Source of the DNA: Candidatus Poribacteria bacterium
Lineage (GTDB): Bacteria; Poribacteria; WGA-4E; WGA-3G
Length of the DNA stretch: 64,000 bases
Direction: 5' to 3'
Assembly: GCA_965200395.1 (NCBI GenBank)
Contig: CBDAUH010000003.1
Location: 810,398 to 874,397 of the forward strand
Part shown: in pieces, positions 9,645-18,724 of the stretch
Layout of the letters: every line of letters begins with the position of its first letter
How positions within the stretch are numbered: the stretch's first letter is position 1
The notes under the pieces: generated by a model
What the model saw: only the letters and a program-made list of their open reading frames with translations
Database searches by the model: none
Told to the model about the DNA's origin: nothing
Program-made: the position numbers and the translations under genes

Positions 9645-10401
9645 ACCGACATCGGGATTGACGTTCCGACGGATGCCATCATCTATCTTGCATATCAGTA
9701 CGTACCCGTTTCTGCCGCCGACGACGATGTCCGGTTTCCTCCGCCGACTTAAGCTGCTGGAAGCCGGGCATCTCCCGGAAACCGCCGTTAAAAATCCGGA
9801 TTACTACGCGCTGCCCCCTCAACTTTGCACCCTTGGGGCATATCCGAAAGTCAACGAGCATCGCATTCATACAACAAAGCGTCAGGGCATCAGATCTTTC
9901 AACCATAACGCCTTTTCGCGAATCGTTCTTTACCAATCCACAAAGGAAGTATATCAACTTCATACATGGGAATACCTCTTCGCGGAGAAGCTTATCGGTT
10001 ATGTAGTTTCAGAAGATGAAAACTTGCTAAACCAATTAAAAACGGTTAAAAACTTCGGTTGTAAAATTGGCAAAGAAGGATACGCTTATGTAGATCAGAT
10101 TAGGGGACCGACAGAGCTCAGTTTAGAACACGTAACCGCGAAACCTGATACGCTCCTGCCTGGAGCAGTACTTGTCGGAGTTCCATGTGAGGCGTTTCCA
10201 CTGTACCGTTACGCTTGGAAAACAGGGATATCTGAAAACACAAACCTTGAATACCCAGAACCAAGCGCTATTGAGGGATTCGTTCCATTTGTCGCCGGAG
10301 AGATTCACGGCGAGATTGAACTTGATTACTATACTGATGGGAACGTCTATCTTCCGAAACCTTTCGTTGATGAATTGTGGGAAGGAGAAATAAATGACTA
10401 A
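9619..10401 (+). CDS. cas5: Cas5 (N-terminal motif STYPFLPPTTMSGFLRR typical of Cas5)
   Basis: Cas5-type N-terminal signature (Y-P-x-P-P-x-T-x-x-G). Overlaps the cas7 end in the coupled-translation manner. Confidence 0.6.
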   Translation: MWMLELTIKPTSGLTFRRMPSSILHISTYPFLPPTTMSGFLRRLKLLEAGHLPETAVKNPDYYALPPQLCTLGAYPKVNEHRIHTTKRQGIRSFNHNAFSRIVLYQSTKEVYQLHTWEYLFAEKLIGYVVSEDENLLNQLKTVKNFGCKIGKEGYAYVDQIRGPTELSLEHVTAKPDTLLPGAVLVGVPCEAFPLYRYAWKTGISENTNLEYPEPSAIEGFVPFVAGEIHGEIELDYYTDGNVYLPKPFVDELWEGEIND

Positions 10402-11179
10402 CGTAAAAGATACTGTAAAAGTAGGTCGAGTTTTCTTTGAACCTGAGAGCGGTCCCAATGTAAAAAACGTGACTGTTCTCACATTGGATAGTCACGTTGG
10501 AAACGTTGTCGAGTTAGTAAAAAGGTTCGATTCCAATTATTTCAAAGTTGATCACAGCGAAACTCACAACCTTCTGATACGCGCGGCGGAGAAACATGAT
10601 AATGCGAAACCTGAAACCTTCCGCGTAACCTACCGAAGTTGGAAGGAAAACGGACGTAAATCCATCGGTTATTCCTTCGCGGGACATAGGTTTAGGGTTT
10701 CAGATACTGATCGCTATGTTGAATTACTCATCCGATTGCATCATGAATTTTCTATAGATGGAATTGTAGAAGCACAAGCGCAGCTCAAAGCATTGGAACA
10801 GTATTCTAATGAACAGATAAAAAGATTTCCAATCGACCTCTATGTTCTGGAAATGTGCGATCAAATTGAAGCTGAACTTGAGACCTACGCTTTCACGAAG
10901 GATGTACAGCCTCGCGTCTTTATGGATTTTCACTCGCGCATGCGTGAGGATGAAAAAACTATTGAGGTTAACCCGTATCCATTTGATGAGAAAAGGATCC
11001 GCCTACCACTTGAATATTATGAGTTCGATATTCCAGCAAAATGCCGTGCCCAAATAGCCGCGGCTTTGGAAGAAAATAATCGAGAAAAAGGCTTGGACTT
11101 CCTCCATAAAATGATTATTGATGTAAATAAAAATACGGAATGTCAAAAGAAGGAGATGATTTTATGTCAAGCACCTTGA
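10394..11179 (+). CDS. cas3'': Standalone HD nuclease (Cas3'')
   Basis: HD-domain motifs LDSHVGNV (I), AAEKHDNAK (II), FAGHRF (III), IRLHHEF (IV). Lies immediately upstream of the Cas3 helicase. Confidence 0.6.
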   Translation: MTNVKDTVKVGRVFFEPESGPNVKNVTVLTLDSHVGNVVELVKRFDSNYFKVDHSETHNLLIRAAEKHDNAKPETFRVTYRSWKENGRKSIGYSFAGHRFRVSDTDRYVELLIRLHHEFSIDGIVEAQAQLKALEQYSNEQIKRFPIDLYVLEMCDQIEAELETYAFTKDVQPRVFMDFHSRMREDEKTIEVNPYPFDEKRIRLPLEYYEFDIPAKCRAQIAAALEENNREKGLDFLHKMIIDVNKNTECQKKEMILCQAP

Positions 11180-13050
11180 ACGCCTATAAACAATTTACGG
11201 AATTTGCTCCTAATCCAATGCAGGAAGAACTTTTTACTTACATCGCCCCGAAAGGCGAAAATCCTGCACTGCTACTTAAGGCACCCACGGGCAGTGGAAA
11301 AACAGAGGCTGTACTCATACCGAGTCTTGATTCCAATCGCAGGCTTTTTCTGATTTTCCCTTCTAGAAGCCTTGTTGACGATCAGATTAGTCGGTGTGAA
11401 GAATACCTTGAACGAGCATCATCAGAAAATATGAATAGATCTTATACATTAGTCGTTGACACAGGAGCCGAATCCCAGCGTACCGTTTTTACAAAAGGCG
11501 AGAGAGAAAAACCTGCAAGACGACATCTCTATGATGGTGATGTAATTCTCACAACATTTGATAAATTTCTATACCGCTTTTTCGGATTTGGTGAACCTAA
11601 GAAATCTTATATTTTCCCGTTCCGTATTCACTACGGCCAACGTCGAAATCTGTTTTGTTTCGACGAGGTTCACGCCTATGATCAGGTTGCGTTTGTCAAC
11701 TTTCAACGCCTTGTCAAGGCACTTTACAAAGTTAATTTAGATATGGTTGTCATGACTGCGACGATGCCTGATACATACCAAAATGAATTGGATTTCTTGG
11801 ATACGGTTGACTATATTACAGACGATAAAAATAAGCTGGAATTGGCAAGAGTGCAAAAAAGGCAGTATCCCAATAAAGCGGTCAAGTGTATTGCTGCAAA
11901 GCCCAAAGAAGTTAAGAACAAAATATGTGATTATGTCTCGGAACGATATGAAACAGATAAACGGATTATTGTTACTATTGAAACAATTAAAGACCTCATT
12001 CTAGTTTACAATGACTTGAAAGAAGTAAATGGTGGAGAGAATATTTTTCTTTACCACGGGCGTCTCTCTAATCCACAGCGCAAGATGGTTTATCGTAACC
12101 TGAAGAATCTTGAAAAAGAGAATAAGGGGTACCTCCTTTTCACGACGAGTGCTATTGAGGTAGGATGTGACCTTGACGCGCATCTGCTCATCACCGAGTT
12201 GTGCAACCCCGATTCGCTTATTCAACGCGTAGGAAGGTGCAACCGCAAAGGGCAGATTCCTAACGCTGAAATCGCCATTGTAGGTAACAAAATTCCATCT
12301 TTTCTCTCTATCCTTACTGAAGAAAAAACAGAGAAATATCTTGAGAAATTGCGGCAACAGAGTGGCACTAACTTCAAACCAGACGACATCCTTGAACTCA
12401 TGGAATACACACCACATTCCGATTACAGGGCAGAAGTACTTTTTGACATGCTTTATGAATACGTTTATGAAGCACGTCTCGAAAACAAACCGCTGCACGA
12501 TAGAGGACTTGTGATTACACGGAGTTTTGAACCCTCAATTACGCTTACAACCAAAGTCCCTGAAGAAGAGGCAAAGCACCAACCCGAAAATGCTGTAAGT
12601 GTGTCTATCCGAAATTGTATAGCGAGACGAGAAGATAATGAGTCTATCAACCCAGATTTTAAGGTATACCATAGGTTTTATGATAAGTATTATGAGGAAT
12701 TTAAATTTGTTGATCTTAACCGGCACGGAAGTGTCTACTTTAAAGAACTCTTTATTGAAGTTCCTGAATCTTATTTTTCTGAAGAGTTAGGCTACGTTGA
12801 ACCGCCCAAAGTATTTGAAGACCGGGGGACTCGCGGGTACCGTCGGAATTTTGTTTATCACACGACCGATGAAAACGGTAAACCTAAAGAAACATGGTTG
12901 CACTATCTGAAGGATTTGGAAAAGTCAGATCCAGAGGAAACATCATCTTTACTTCCAGAATCTGTTCAGACAGAACGTCACGAGTCGGTGGAATCTATTT
13001 TGTCGCACCCAGAAGGCGGTGAACAGTTGTCACTTTTTGATATTGATTAA
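11140..13050 (+). CDS. cas3': Cas3' DExH-box helicase (Walker A APTGSGKTEA, DEVH box CFDEVHAYD)
   Basis: SF2 helicase motifs, and a size of about 630 aa typical of a Cas3 helicase without HD. The true start is probably Met at 11164. Confidence 0.7.
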   Translation: MSKEGDDFMSSTLNAYKQFTEFAPNPMQEELFTYIAPKGENPALLLKAPTGSGKTEAVLIPSLDSNRRLFLIFPSRSLVDDQISRCEEYLERASSENMNRSYTLVVDTGAESQRTVFTKGEREKPARRHLYDGDVILTTFDKFLYRFFGFGEPKKSYIFPFRIHYGQRRNLFCFDEVHAYDQVAFVNFQRLVKALYKVNLDMVVMTATMPDTYQNELDFLDTVDYITDDKNKLELARVQKRQYPNKAVKCIAAKPKEVKNKICDYVSERYETDKRIIVTIETIKDLILVYNDLKEVNGGENIFLYHGRLSNPQRKMVYRNLKNLEKENKGYLLFTTSAIEVGCDLDAHLLITELCNPDSLIQRVGRCNRKGQIPNAEIAIVGNKIPSFLSILTEEKTEKYLEKLRQQSGTNFKPDDILELMEYTPHSDYRAEVLFDMLYEYVYEARLENKPLHDRGLVITRSFEPSITLTTKVPEEEAKHQPENAVSVSIRNCIARREDNESINPDFKVYHRFYDKYYEEFKFVDLNRHGSVYFKELFIEVPESYFSEELGYVEPPKVFEDRGTRGYRRNFVYHTTDENGKPKETWLHYLKDLEKSDPEETSSLLPESVQTERHESVESILSHPEGGEQLSLFDID

Positions 13051-13061
13051 GGAGACACCCC

Positions 13062-13889
13062 ATGCCTATCAGCACACGCATCTCACTCGTCCCGGAAACT
13101 GATGTAACACTCCGCCCGACGATGGGACATCACGCACACGCGGCTTTTCTTGCTATCCTACGCAGAAGTGACCCTGATCTTGCGGAGACACTCCATGCGC
13201 AATCAACACAAAAACCCTTCACCGTCTCACCACTCGTCGCGAAGGCAAAGCAGTACGCCAAACAACTCCATATCCGGGCAGGCACGGAATGCAAACTCCG
13301 ATTCACATTCCTTGACGATACGCTCTTCACAGCTTTCGGGCGTGCCTTCCTAAAATTTCAACTCCCTAAGATTAGGCTTGGCAGCGCGATTTTTCAGGTC
13401 AAACAACTCGTTTCACATGCAACGGAGGCGGAGGATTGGAGCGGTAACACGACATATCCCGATCTCGTCCAATCAGCGAAAGCGGAGGCGGACATTCGTC
13501 TCAAATTCCATTCGCCGACAGCCTTTCGTACTCTCACACCGCAGGGACAGAAAACGTATAACCACACGCAAGTCGATCCTATTCGGTGCTATCAGAGTTG
13601 GATTAACAAATGGAACGCCTTTGCACCGTTCCAATTTGACAGAGACGAACTCCGTGCCTTTATTACAGAAAACGCCCGCGTTTCTCGTACCGAGACGCGC
13701 ACTCAAGCCCTCAATTTCGGCAGACAGACTGAGATAGGATGGGTAGGAACGTGCACATTTCATTTTCAACACAAAAACGTGCTTAATGAAGACCTACTCC
13801 GCGCAGCCAATTGCTTAGCAGATTTCGCATTTTACTGCGGCACAGGATATAAAACTACAATGGGAATGGGACAAACAAAACGGATTTAA
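13062..13889 (+). CDS. cas6: Cas6 crRNA endoribonuclease
   Basis: N-terminal catalytic His region (GHHAHAAFLAIL), KPFTVSPL motif, and C-terminal glycine-rich loop CGTGYKTTMGMGQ (GhGxxxxxGhG). Confidence 0.8.
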   Translation: MPISTRISLVPETDVTLRPTMGHHAHAAFLAILRRSDPDLAETLHAQSTQKPFTVSPLVAKAKQYAKQLHIRAGTECKLRFTFLDDTLFTAFGRAFLKFQLPKIRLGSAIFQVKQLVSHATEAEDWSGNTTYPDLVQSAKAEADIRLKFHSPTAFRTLTPQGQKTYNHTQVDPIRCYQSWINKWNAFAPFQFDRDELRAFITENARVSRTETRTQALNFGRQTEIGWVGTCTFHFQHKNVLNEDLLRAANCLADFAFYCGTGYKTTMGMGQTKRI

Positions 13890-13904
13890 AATAGGAGTAA
13901 AACT

Positions 13905-14115
13905 ATGTCAGAAACATACATACCACTCTCACAGATAAACACTTATGTCTTTTGTCCCCGGCGATTCTATTACGAATCCATTGAGGGACATCAAGTCGTC
14001 AATGAGCATGTCGAAGAAGGCAAAATCAAACATGAACACGTTCACACAGCCGTGACAGATCGAAAAAAAGGAGACAAAACCATCTCTCGCCGACAATACC
14101 TCGCCTCCGATACAC
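13905..14115 (+). pseudogene. cas4-cas1: cas4-cas1 fusion, N-terminal Cas4 part (interrupted by IS4-family copy 2)
   Basis: Cas4 N-terminal Cys motif (YVFCPRRFYYE). The ORF runs into the IS at 14116. After removing the IS plus the TSD, the frame continues into 15464..16890. Confidence 0.75.
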
Positions 14116-15454
14116 CGCACTTACCCCCATTTTTTTTTGAATGCGTGTGTAGTTGTGTTCATAGGTCTCCAATGTTGTCATGTCAGTTCTTCTGCGGTGA
14201 GAAAGTTTATATCTCTCAAACAAGTCCTCTCGGTGAACAAGAGCAACGCCTCCTGCGTCCACACCTCGCGGATCATACGGTTGATGACACTGATCACGGA
14301 GTAAACTTTCCGCGTAGGGTGTAAAGTTTTTGCCCATCTGTCCGCAGCTTTTTCATAACACAGGAACGCCAAACCATAAGCCACGACTGCCAACAAAAAC
14401 AGAACTTCCATCCGGGGCTGTTCGTTCTTTCTCAAAACGAGTGCTTTGAAACCGAAGTTCGTTTTCAAGTCTCTGAACCCGTGTTCAATCTGTGTCCGCC
14501 GCTTGTAGCAAGTTCGCAGGGGGTTCCCCTGAAGCCGATTGGAGATAAGATATAACGGGTCTTTCTTGGTGTGCTGTCCCCCAACATAGAGTGCCACAGG
14601 CACCTGCTCCGTGTAGTGATAAAGCACTTGTGGGTAAAAACCATTTGCCACTTCTTCAAGGCACTGCTTGTTGCCTGCTATACGCACACCAACATTGCGT
14701 GGCACACGCATCAAGTAGCAGATGCCTTGCCCCTCAAAAAACTTGAGGATCGCTCTCGCTCGGGCGAACCCTCTGTCAAAAACCAACACAGGCTCCCGAC
14801 TATCCCCTAACACTTTAACAACGCGACTATGGACATCACAACAGAACTGCTGAACTAAATCGTTATGTCCTTGATAGGTGCCATCTTTGAGCATCTCATT
14901 TTTATACAGAACCCAATAGAGCGGGATCGCACGATTGCGAAACGGAAGGGCTGCAACAATCGCCTTCCATCCGCCCGGTAAATCTGTCTCGTCTATCAGC
15001 ACAAGCAGATGCTGCATCCCCACAGAACGACACACACTGACAACTATATGTGACAACCAGGCACCCTTCACCGCTGCAACCGGAAAATAGGTGTCAATAA
15101 ACCGCAACACACGCTTTTGCTTAGACTTGTCGTGTTTCACACGGATAGGTAGATGTGAGGCAATCGATTGAATACGAAAACTTGGGGCTACACACACAGC
15201 CTGTAGCATCAAATAAAAGTTGCGGAGCGTCGGTTTTTTGATACAAACCCCGTTGAAAACTTTACGAAAACCTGTTATAATCTTTCTGGGGTGTACCCAA
15301 CTAAGGGTATATTTCATAAGAATACCTCCCTGCCGGTTTTTCACCGACATTGGTTTATATGGAGGTATTCTACCATAACCCATCAGACTTTCCAACTTAT
15401 TTCTATACACACACACGCCTACACATACCGCATACAAAAATGGGGGTAAGTGAG
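14116..15454 (-). mobile_element. IS4-family element copy 2, 1339 bp, identical to copy 1, 9-bp TSD CCGATACAC (14107-14115 and 15455-15463)
   Basis: Exact sequence identity with 7525..8863 and flanking 9-bp direct repeats. Confidence 0.9.
14178..15437 (-). CDS. IS4-family DDE transposase, 419 aa
   Basis: ORF inside the IS. Carries LVLIDETD, DRGF and YKRRTQIEHGFRDLK motifs. Confidence 0.8.
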   Translation of the reverse strand: MYAVCVGVCVYRNKLESLMGYGRIPPYKPMSVKNRQGGILMKYTLSWVHPRKIITGFRKVFNGVCIKKPTLRNFYLMLQAVCVAPSFRIQSIASHLPIRVKHDKSKQKRVLRFIDTYFPVAAVKGAWLSHIVVSVCRSVGMQHLLVLIDETDLPGGWKAIVAALPFRNRAIPLYWVLYKNEMLKDGTYQGHNDLVQQFCCDVHSRVVKVLGDSREPVLVFDRGFARARAILKFFEGQGICYLMRVPRNVGVRIAGNKQCLEEVANGFYPQVLYHYTEQVPVALYVGGQHTKKDPLYLISNRLQGNPLRTCYKRRTQIEHGFRDLKTNFGFKALVLRKNEQPRMEVLFLLAVVAYGLAFLCYEKAADRWAKTLHPTRKVYSVISVINRMIREVWTQEALLLFTERTCLRDINFLTAEELT

Positions 15455-16890
15455 CCGATACACTCGGTGTCTCTGGCTACACCGATCTTGTTGAGGAGAA
15501 AGACGGTATTCCCTATCCAGTAGAATTCAAAAAAGCAGGCATGGGAAACTGGCTCAACGATCAAGTACAACTCTGTTTACAGGGACTTTTATTAGAGGAA
15601 AAGACAGGAATTTCTATTCCACACGGCTATATTTTCTATATCGGTTCTAAACGGCGTCGGAAGGTACCGTTTGATAAAGAACTCCGTAGGGCAACACACC
15701 AATACGTGGCAGAAGCGCGTTCACTCTTAGATACTAGACAGATTCCAGAACCTGTTCATGACAACCGGTGTAATGGGTGCAGCGTCCAATCAATCTGTCT
15801 ACCGGATGAGGTCGCCTACCTCCATGAGTTAGATGAGCGGCCCAAACGCATTAAACCCGCACTCGGTATAGACAATGTCTTATATGTTGACGAACCGGGC
15901 TGTGCAATCAAAAAGACAGGGGAGCGACTCCTTGTCGTCAAAGAAAGCGAAACAATTCGAGATATTCCACTGATTCATCTCGGACAGGTAGTTATCTGCG
16001 GTAATGTCAGTTTGACAACGCCTGCGATGCAAACGCTTTTACATGAGGGTATTCCCGTTGTGTTTCTCTCTGCCTATGGACGCTACCAGGGTGCTTTGAC
16101 ACCGCAAGTGTCACGCAATTCACTTTTGCGGACCGCACAGCATCGCGCCGCAGCTAACAATACACAGTGCCTTGACCTCTCGAAAGCATTTGTTCACGGA
16201 AAACTGGTGAACATGCGAACGATGCTTCAACGTAGAAAATGGCAGGCTTCGGATAGCACAGATTCGGCTTTAGAACCGCTGATCACCAACATAAAGACTA
16301 TACAAGCGATGGAAAAACGGATTGATAAGGCAACAGATATCACCGAATTGTTAGGATTGGAAGGCAACGCGTCCGCCGCCTATTTCCGTTCATTCAACTT
16401 TATGCTAAAAGAAGAAGTGGGATTCGATTTTCAAAAACGGAGTCGACGTCCACCCGCTGACCCAATAAACGCATTGCTCAGCTTCGCTTATTCATTATTG
16501 ACAGCAGATATAAACTCAGCACTTCAGGTTGTCGGCCTTGACCCTTATGTCGGTTATTTTCACCAGTTGAAATATGGTAAGCCTTGCCTTGCCCTGGATT
16601 TGATGGAGGAATTTCGACCAATTATTGCAGACTCCGTTGTCATTACCTTGATCAACAACCGGCGCATCAAACCTGAAGATTTTACGCAATCTCATGACGG
16701 TTGGTATCTGAAAGATAATTCTCGGAAAGTATTCTATGCTGCTTATGAAACGCGGAAAAATGAGACAATCACGCATCCTGTCTTCAAGTATAAACTGACG
16801 TTCCGCCGGGCAATGGAATTGCAAGCACGATTGCTGGCTAAATATCTTACAAGCGAAATTGACCGTTATACGCCCTTGACAATTCGGTAA
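15455..16890 (+). pseudogene. cas4-cas1: cas4-cas1 fusion, C-terminal part: Cas4 RecB-nuclease motifs (GYTDLVEEKDG, PVEFKKAG), Fe-S cysteines (CNGCSVQSIC), then a full Cas1
   Basis: Reconstructed junction …SDT|LGVSGYTDLVEEKDGIPYPVEFKKAGMGNW… is in frame with the 449-aa ORF at 15541. That ORF carries a Cas1-like C-terminal domain. Confidence 0.75.
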
Positions 16891-16919
16891 TACGAAAGCT
16901 TACAAATAAGGAGTCAATA

Positions 16920-17192
16920 ATGCATTACACAGTTGCTTATGATATTACGGATGACAAACGTAGGAACAAAGTCGCTAAAATTTTGAAGGACTTTGGAGCC
17001 CGTGTGCAGTACAGTGTCTTTGAGTGTAATATTGACCGTCGTGCATTTCTACAGTTGCAAAATCGCTTGAAACAAGCTATGAATTTGAGCGAGGATACTA
17101 TAACATTTTATCATATCTGTGCTGCATGTGAGAAACAGATTGAACGTATCGGTCAAGATAAAGGACTTGATAAACAGTCGTATATTGTATAG
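16920..17192 (+). CDS. cas2: Cas2
   Basis: 90-aa protein with the typical Cas2 N-terminus (YDITDDKRRNKVAKILKDFGARVQYSVFEC). Lies directly upstream of the leader and array. Confidence 0.85.
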   Translation: MHYTVAYDITDDKRRNKVAKILKDFGARVQYSVFECNIDRRAFLQLQNRLKQAMNLSEDTITFYHICAACEKQIERIGQDKGLDKQSYIV

Positions 17193-17391
17193 AATTAAAC
17201 ATGAAATGGTTTCTGTGAGCGGCAGCGGGCCGGAAACGTCTAGACCCTCACAGAGAGGCATGATCTCTTATGTCTACTGACTTGAATCTTTTGCTCGGGC
17301 AGCTATACTGTTTTCCGCCAGTGCCGAAAGCTTCGCTCACAGAAACGTGTGCTGCTAACGCACACGTAATAAGGGTTCAAATAGAGCGGGC
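17193..17391 (+). promoter_or_regulatory. CRISPR leader (between cas2 and the first repeat). Contains a 12-bp long-range inverted repeat TTTCTGTGAGCG…CGCTCACAGAAA.
   Basis: Its position relative to cas2 and the array. The distal terminal repeat is degenerate, consistent with this being the leader end. Confidence 0.6.
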
Positions 17392-18385
17392 CTTGAAATC
17401 AAAAGCATCTCGATTACGAGATTGAAACATGCGCGTGACTGCCGGCAATATCCGTGAAGATATCTTGAAATCAAAAGCATCTCGATTACGAGATTGAAAC
17501 ATGCGCGTGACTGCCGGCAATATCCGTGAAGATATCTTGAAATCAAAAGCATCTCGATTACGAGATTGAAACATGCGCGTGACTGCCGGCAATATCCGTG
17601 AAGATATCTTGAAATCAAAAGCATCTCGATTACGAGATTGAAACTGAGATTGTAGCACATCGTCAACAAGCTGCCGTTTACTTGAAATCAAAAGCATCTC
17701 GATTACGAGATTGAAACTCCGCATAAGTGCCTTCATTGATAACAACATCCTTCGCACTTGAAATCAAAAGCATCTCGATTACGAGATTGAAACCATGGCA
17801 GCACGCACCCTGAGCTGCCGCCTGCAACCTTGAAATCAAAAGCATCTCGATTACGAGATTGAAACCGCAAAGACTGGGAGCGATCAGAGGCGAAGTATCT
17901 GCTTGAAATCAAAAGCATCTCGATTACGAGATTGAAACTAGACTGCTGATCGTGCCAGTACCAGTGCCACCAATAGAGCTTGAAATCAAAAGCATCTCGA
18001 TTACGAGATTGAAACCAAGTTGCTCATGGATTTCTGGCATGTAGTGGTCGGCCTTGAAATCAAAAGCATCTCGATTACGAGATTGAAACGTAGTTAAGCA
18101 GCCAGCTGACGCTGCCGTTGCTGGTAACTTGAAATCAAAAGCATCTCGATTACGAGATTGAAACGTGGTTAATAGGTTTCGCAAGATTTCATCTCTATTC
18201 ACTTGAAATCAAAAGCATCTCGATTACGAGATTGAAACTGTAGAGAGTAGCCAGCATGTAAGGGACATCCAGACATCTTGAAATCAAAAGCATCTCGATT
18301 ACGAGATTGAAACATTGGTGTTCCAGCAGGTCAGGCGATCGCAAGTTGCTTGAAATCAAAAGCATCTCGATGACGAGAATAGCGT
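17392..18385 (+). CRISPR. CRISPR array: 14 repeats (37 bp, CTTGAAATCAAAAGCATCTCGATTACGAGATTGAAAC) and 13 spacers (35-40 bp). The last repeat is degenerate at its 3' end. Spacers 1-3 are identical.
   Basis: Repeats at 17392, 17464, 17536, 17608, 17681, 17757, 17829, 17902, 17979, 18053, 18128, 18202, 18277 and 18349 (degenerate). There is an internal 6-bp stem ATCTCG/CGAGAT. The 3' ATTGAAAC matches the common Cas6-generated 8-nt 5' handle. Confidence 0.95.
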
Positions 18386-18607
18386 GGGTTCGGTTTCCTG
18401 GCTTGTCAGAATCGCGGATTTTCACGGATTACGCGGATTTACGCGGATTTTAAGAGTTTGGTATCCACACATCCTAATGGATAGATGGGCCTCTTCTGGG
18501 ATGTCACATTTTCTGGGCTGGGGATTGCGTGGATTTACTCGGATTGGTTGGTGCTTCCATGTGCTTTTCGTAGGATTTGGTGCTTTCGTCACCTTCTATG
18601 TGGCACG

Positions 18608-18722
18608 CTTGAAATCAAAGGCATCTCGATTACGAGATTGAAACGAAAGGCGAATTTGTGTTAAGATATTGTTATGTTCTGTTAACTTAAAATCAAGAGC
18701 GTCTCGATGACGAGAATAGCGT
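18608..18722 (+). CRISPR. Orphan mini-array: one variant repeat (A13G) + a 41-bp spacer + a degenerate terminal-type repeat, inside a duplicated array-end module
   Basis: Repeat 18608..18644 CTTGAAATCAAAGGCATCTCGATTACGAGATTGAAAC. Degenerate repeat 18686..18722, followed by the same GGGTTCGGTTTCCTGGCTTGTC(A/G)GAATCGCGGATT flank found at 18386..18420. Confidence 0.7.
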
Positions 18723-18724
18723 GG

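Noticed and set aside
12001-12498. 165-aa antisense ORF inside cas3'
   Set aside because: It lies entirely antisense to a well-supported helicase gene, with no motifs.
17429-18348. Self-targeting spacers
   Set aside because: I found no protospacer match within this window by eye. This cannot be excluded for the rest of the genome.
17355-18425. ORFs 17355..17669, 17377..17757, 17733..17918, 17924..18202, 18195..18425 on the minus strand
   Set aside because: They lie entirely within the CRISPR array, and their repetitive amino-acid sequences are translations of the 37-bp repeat. Not coding.
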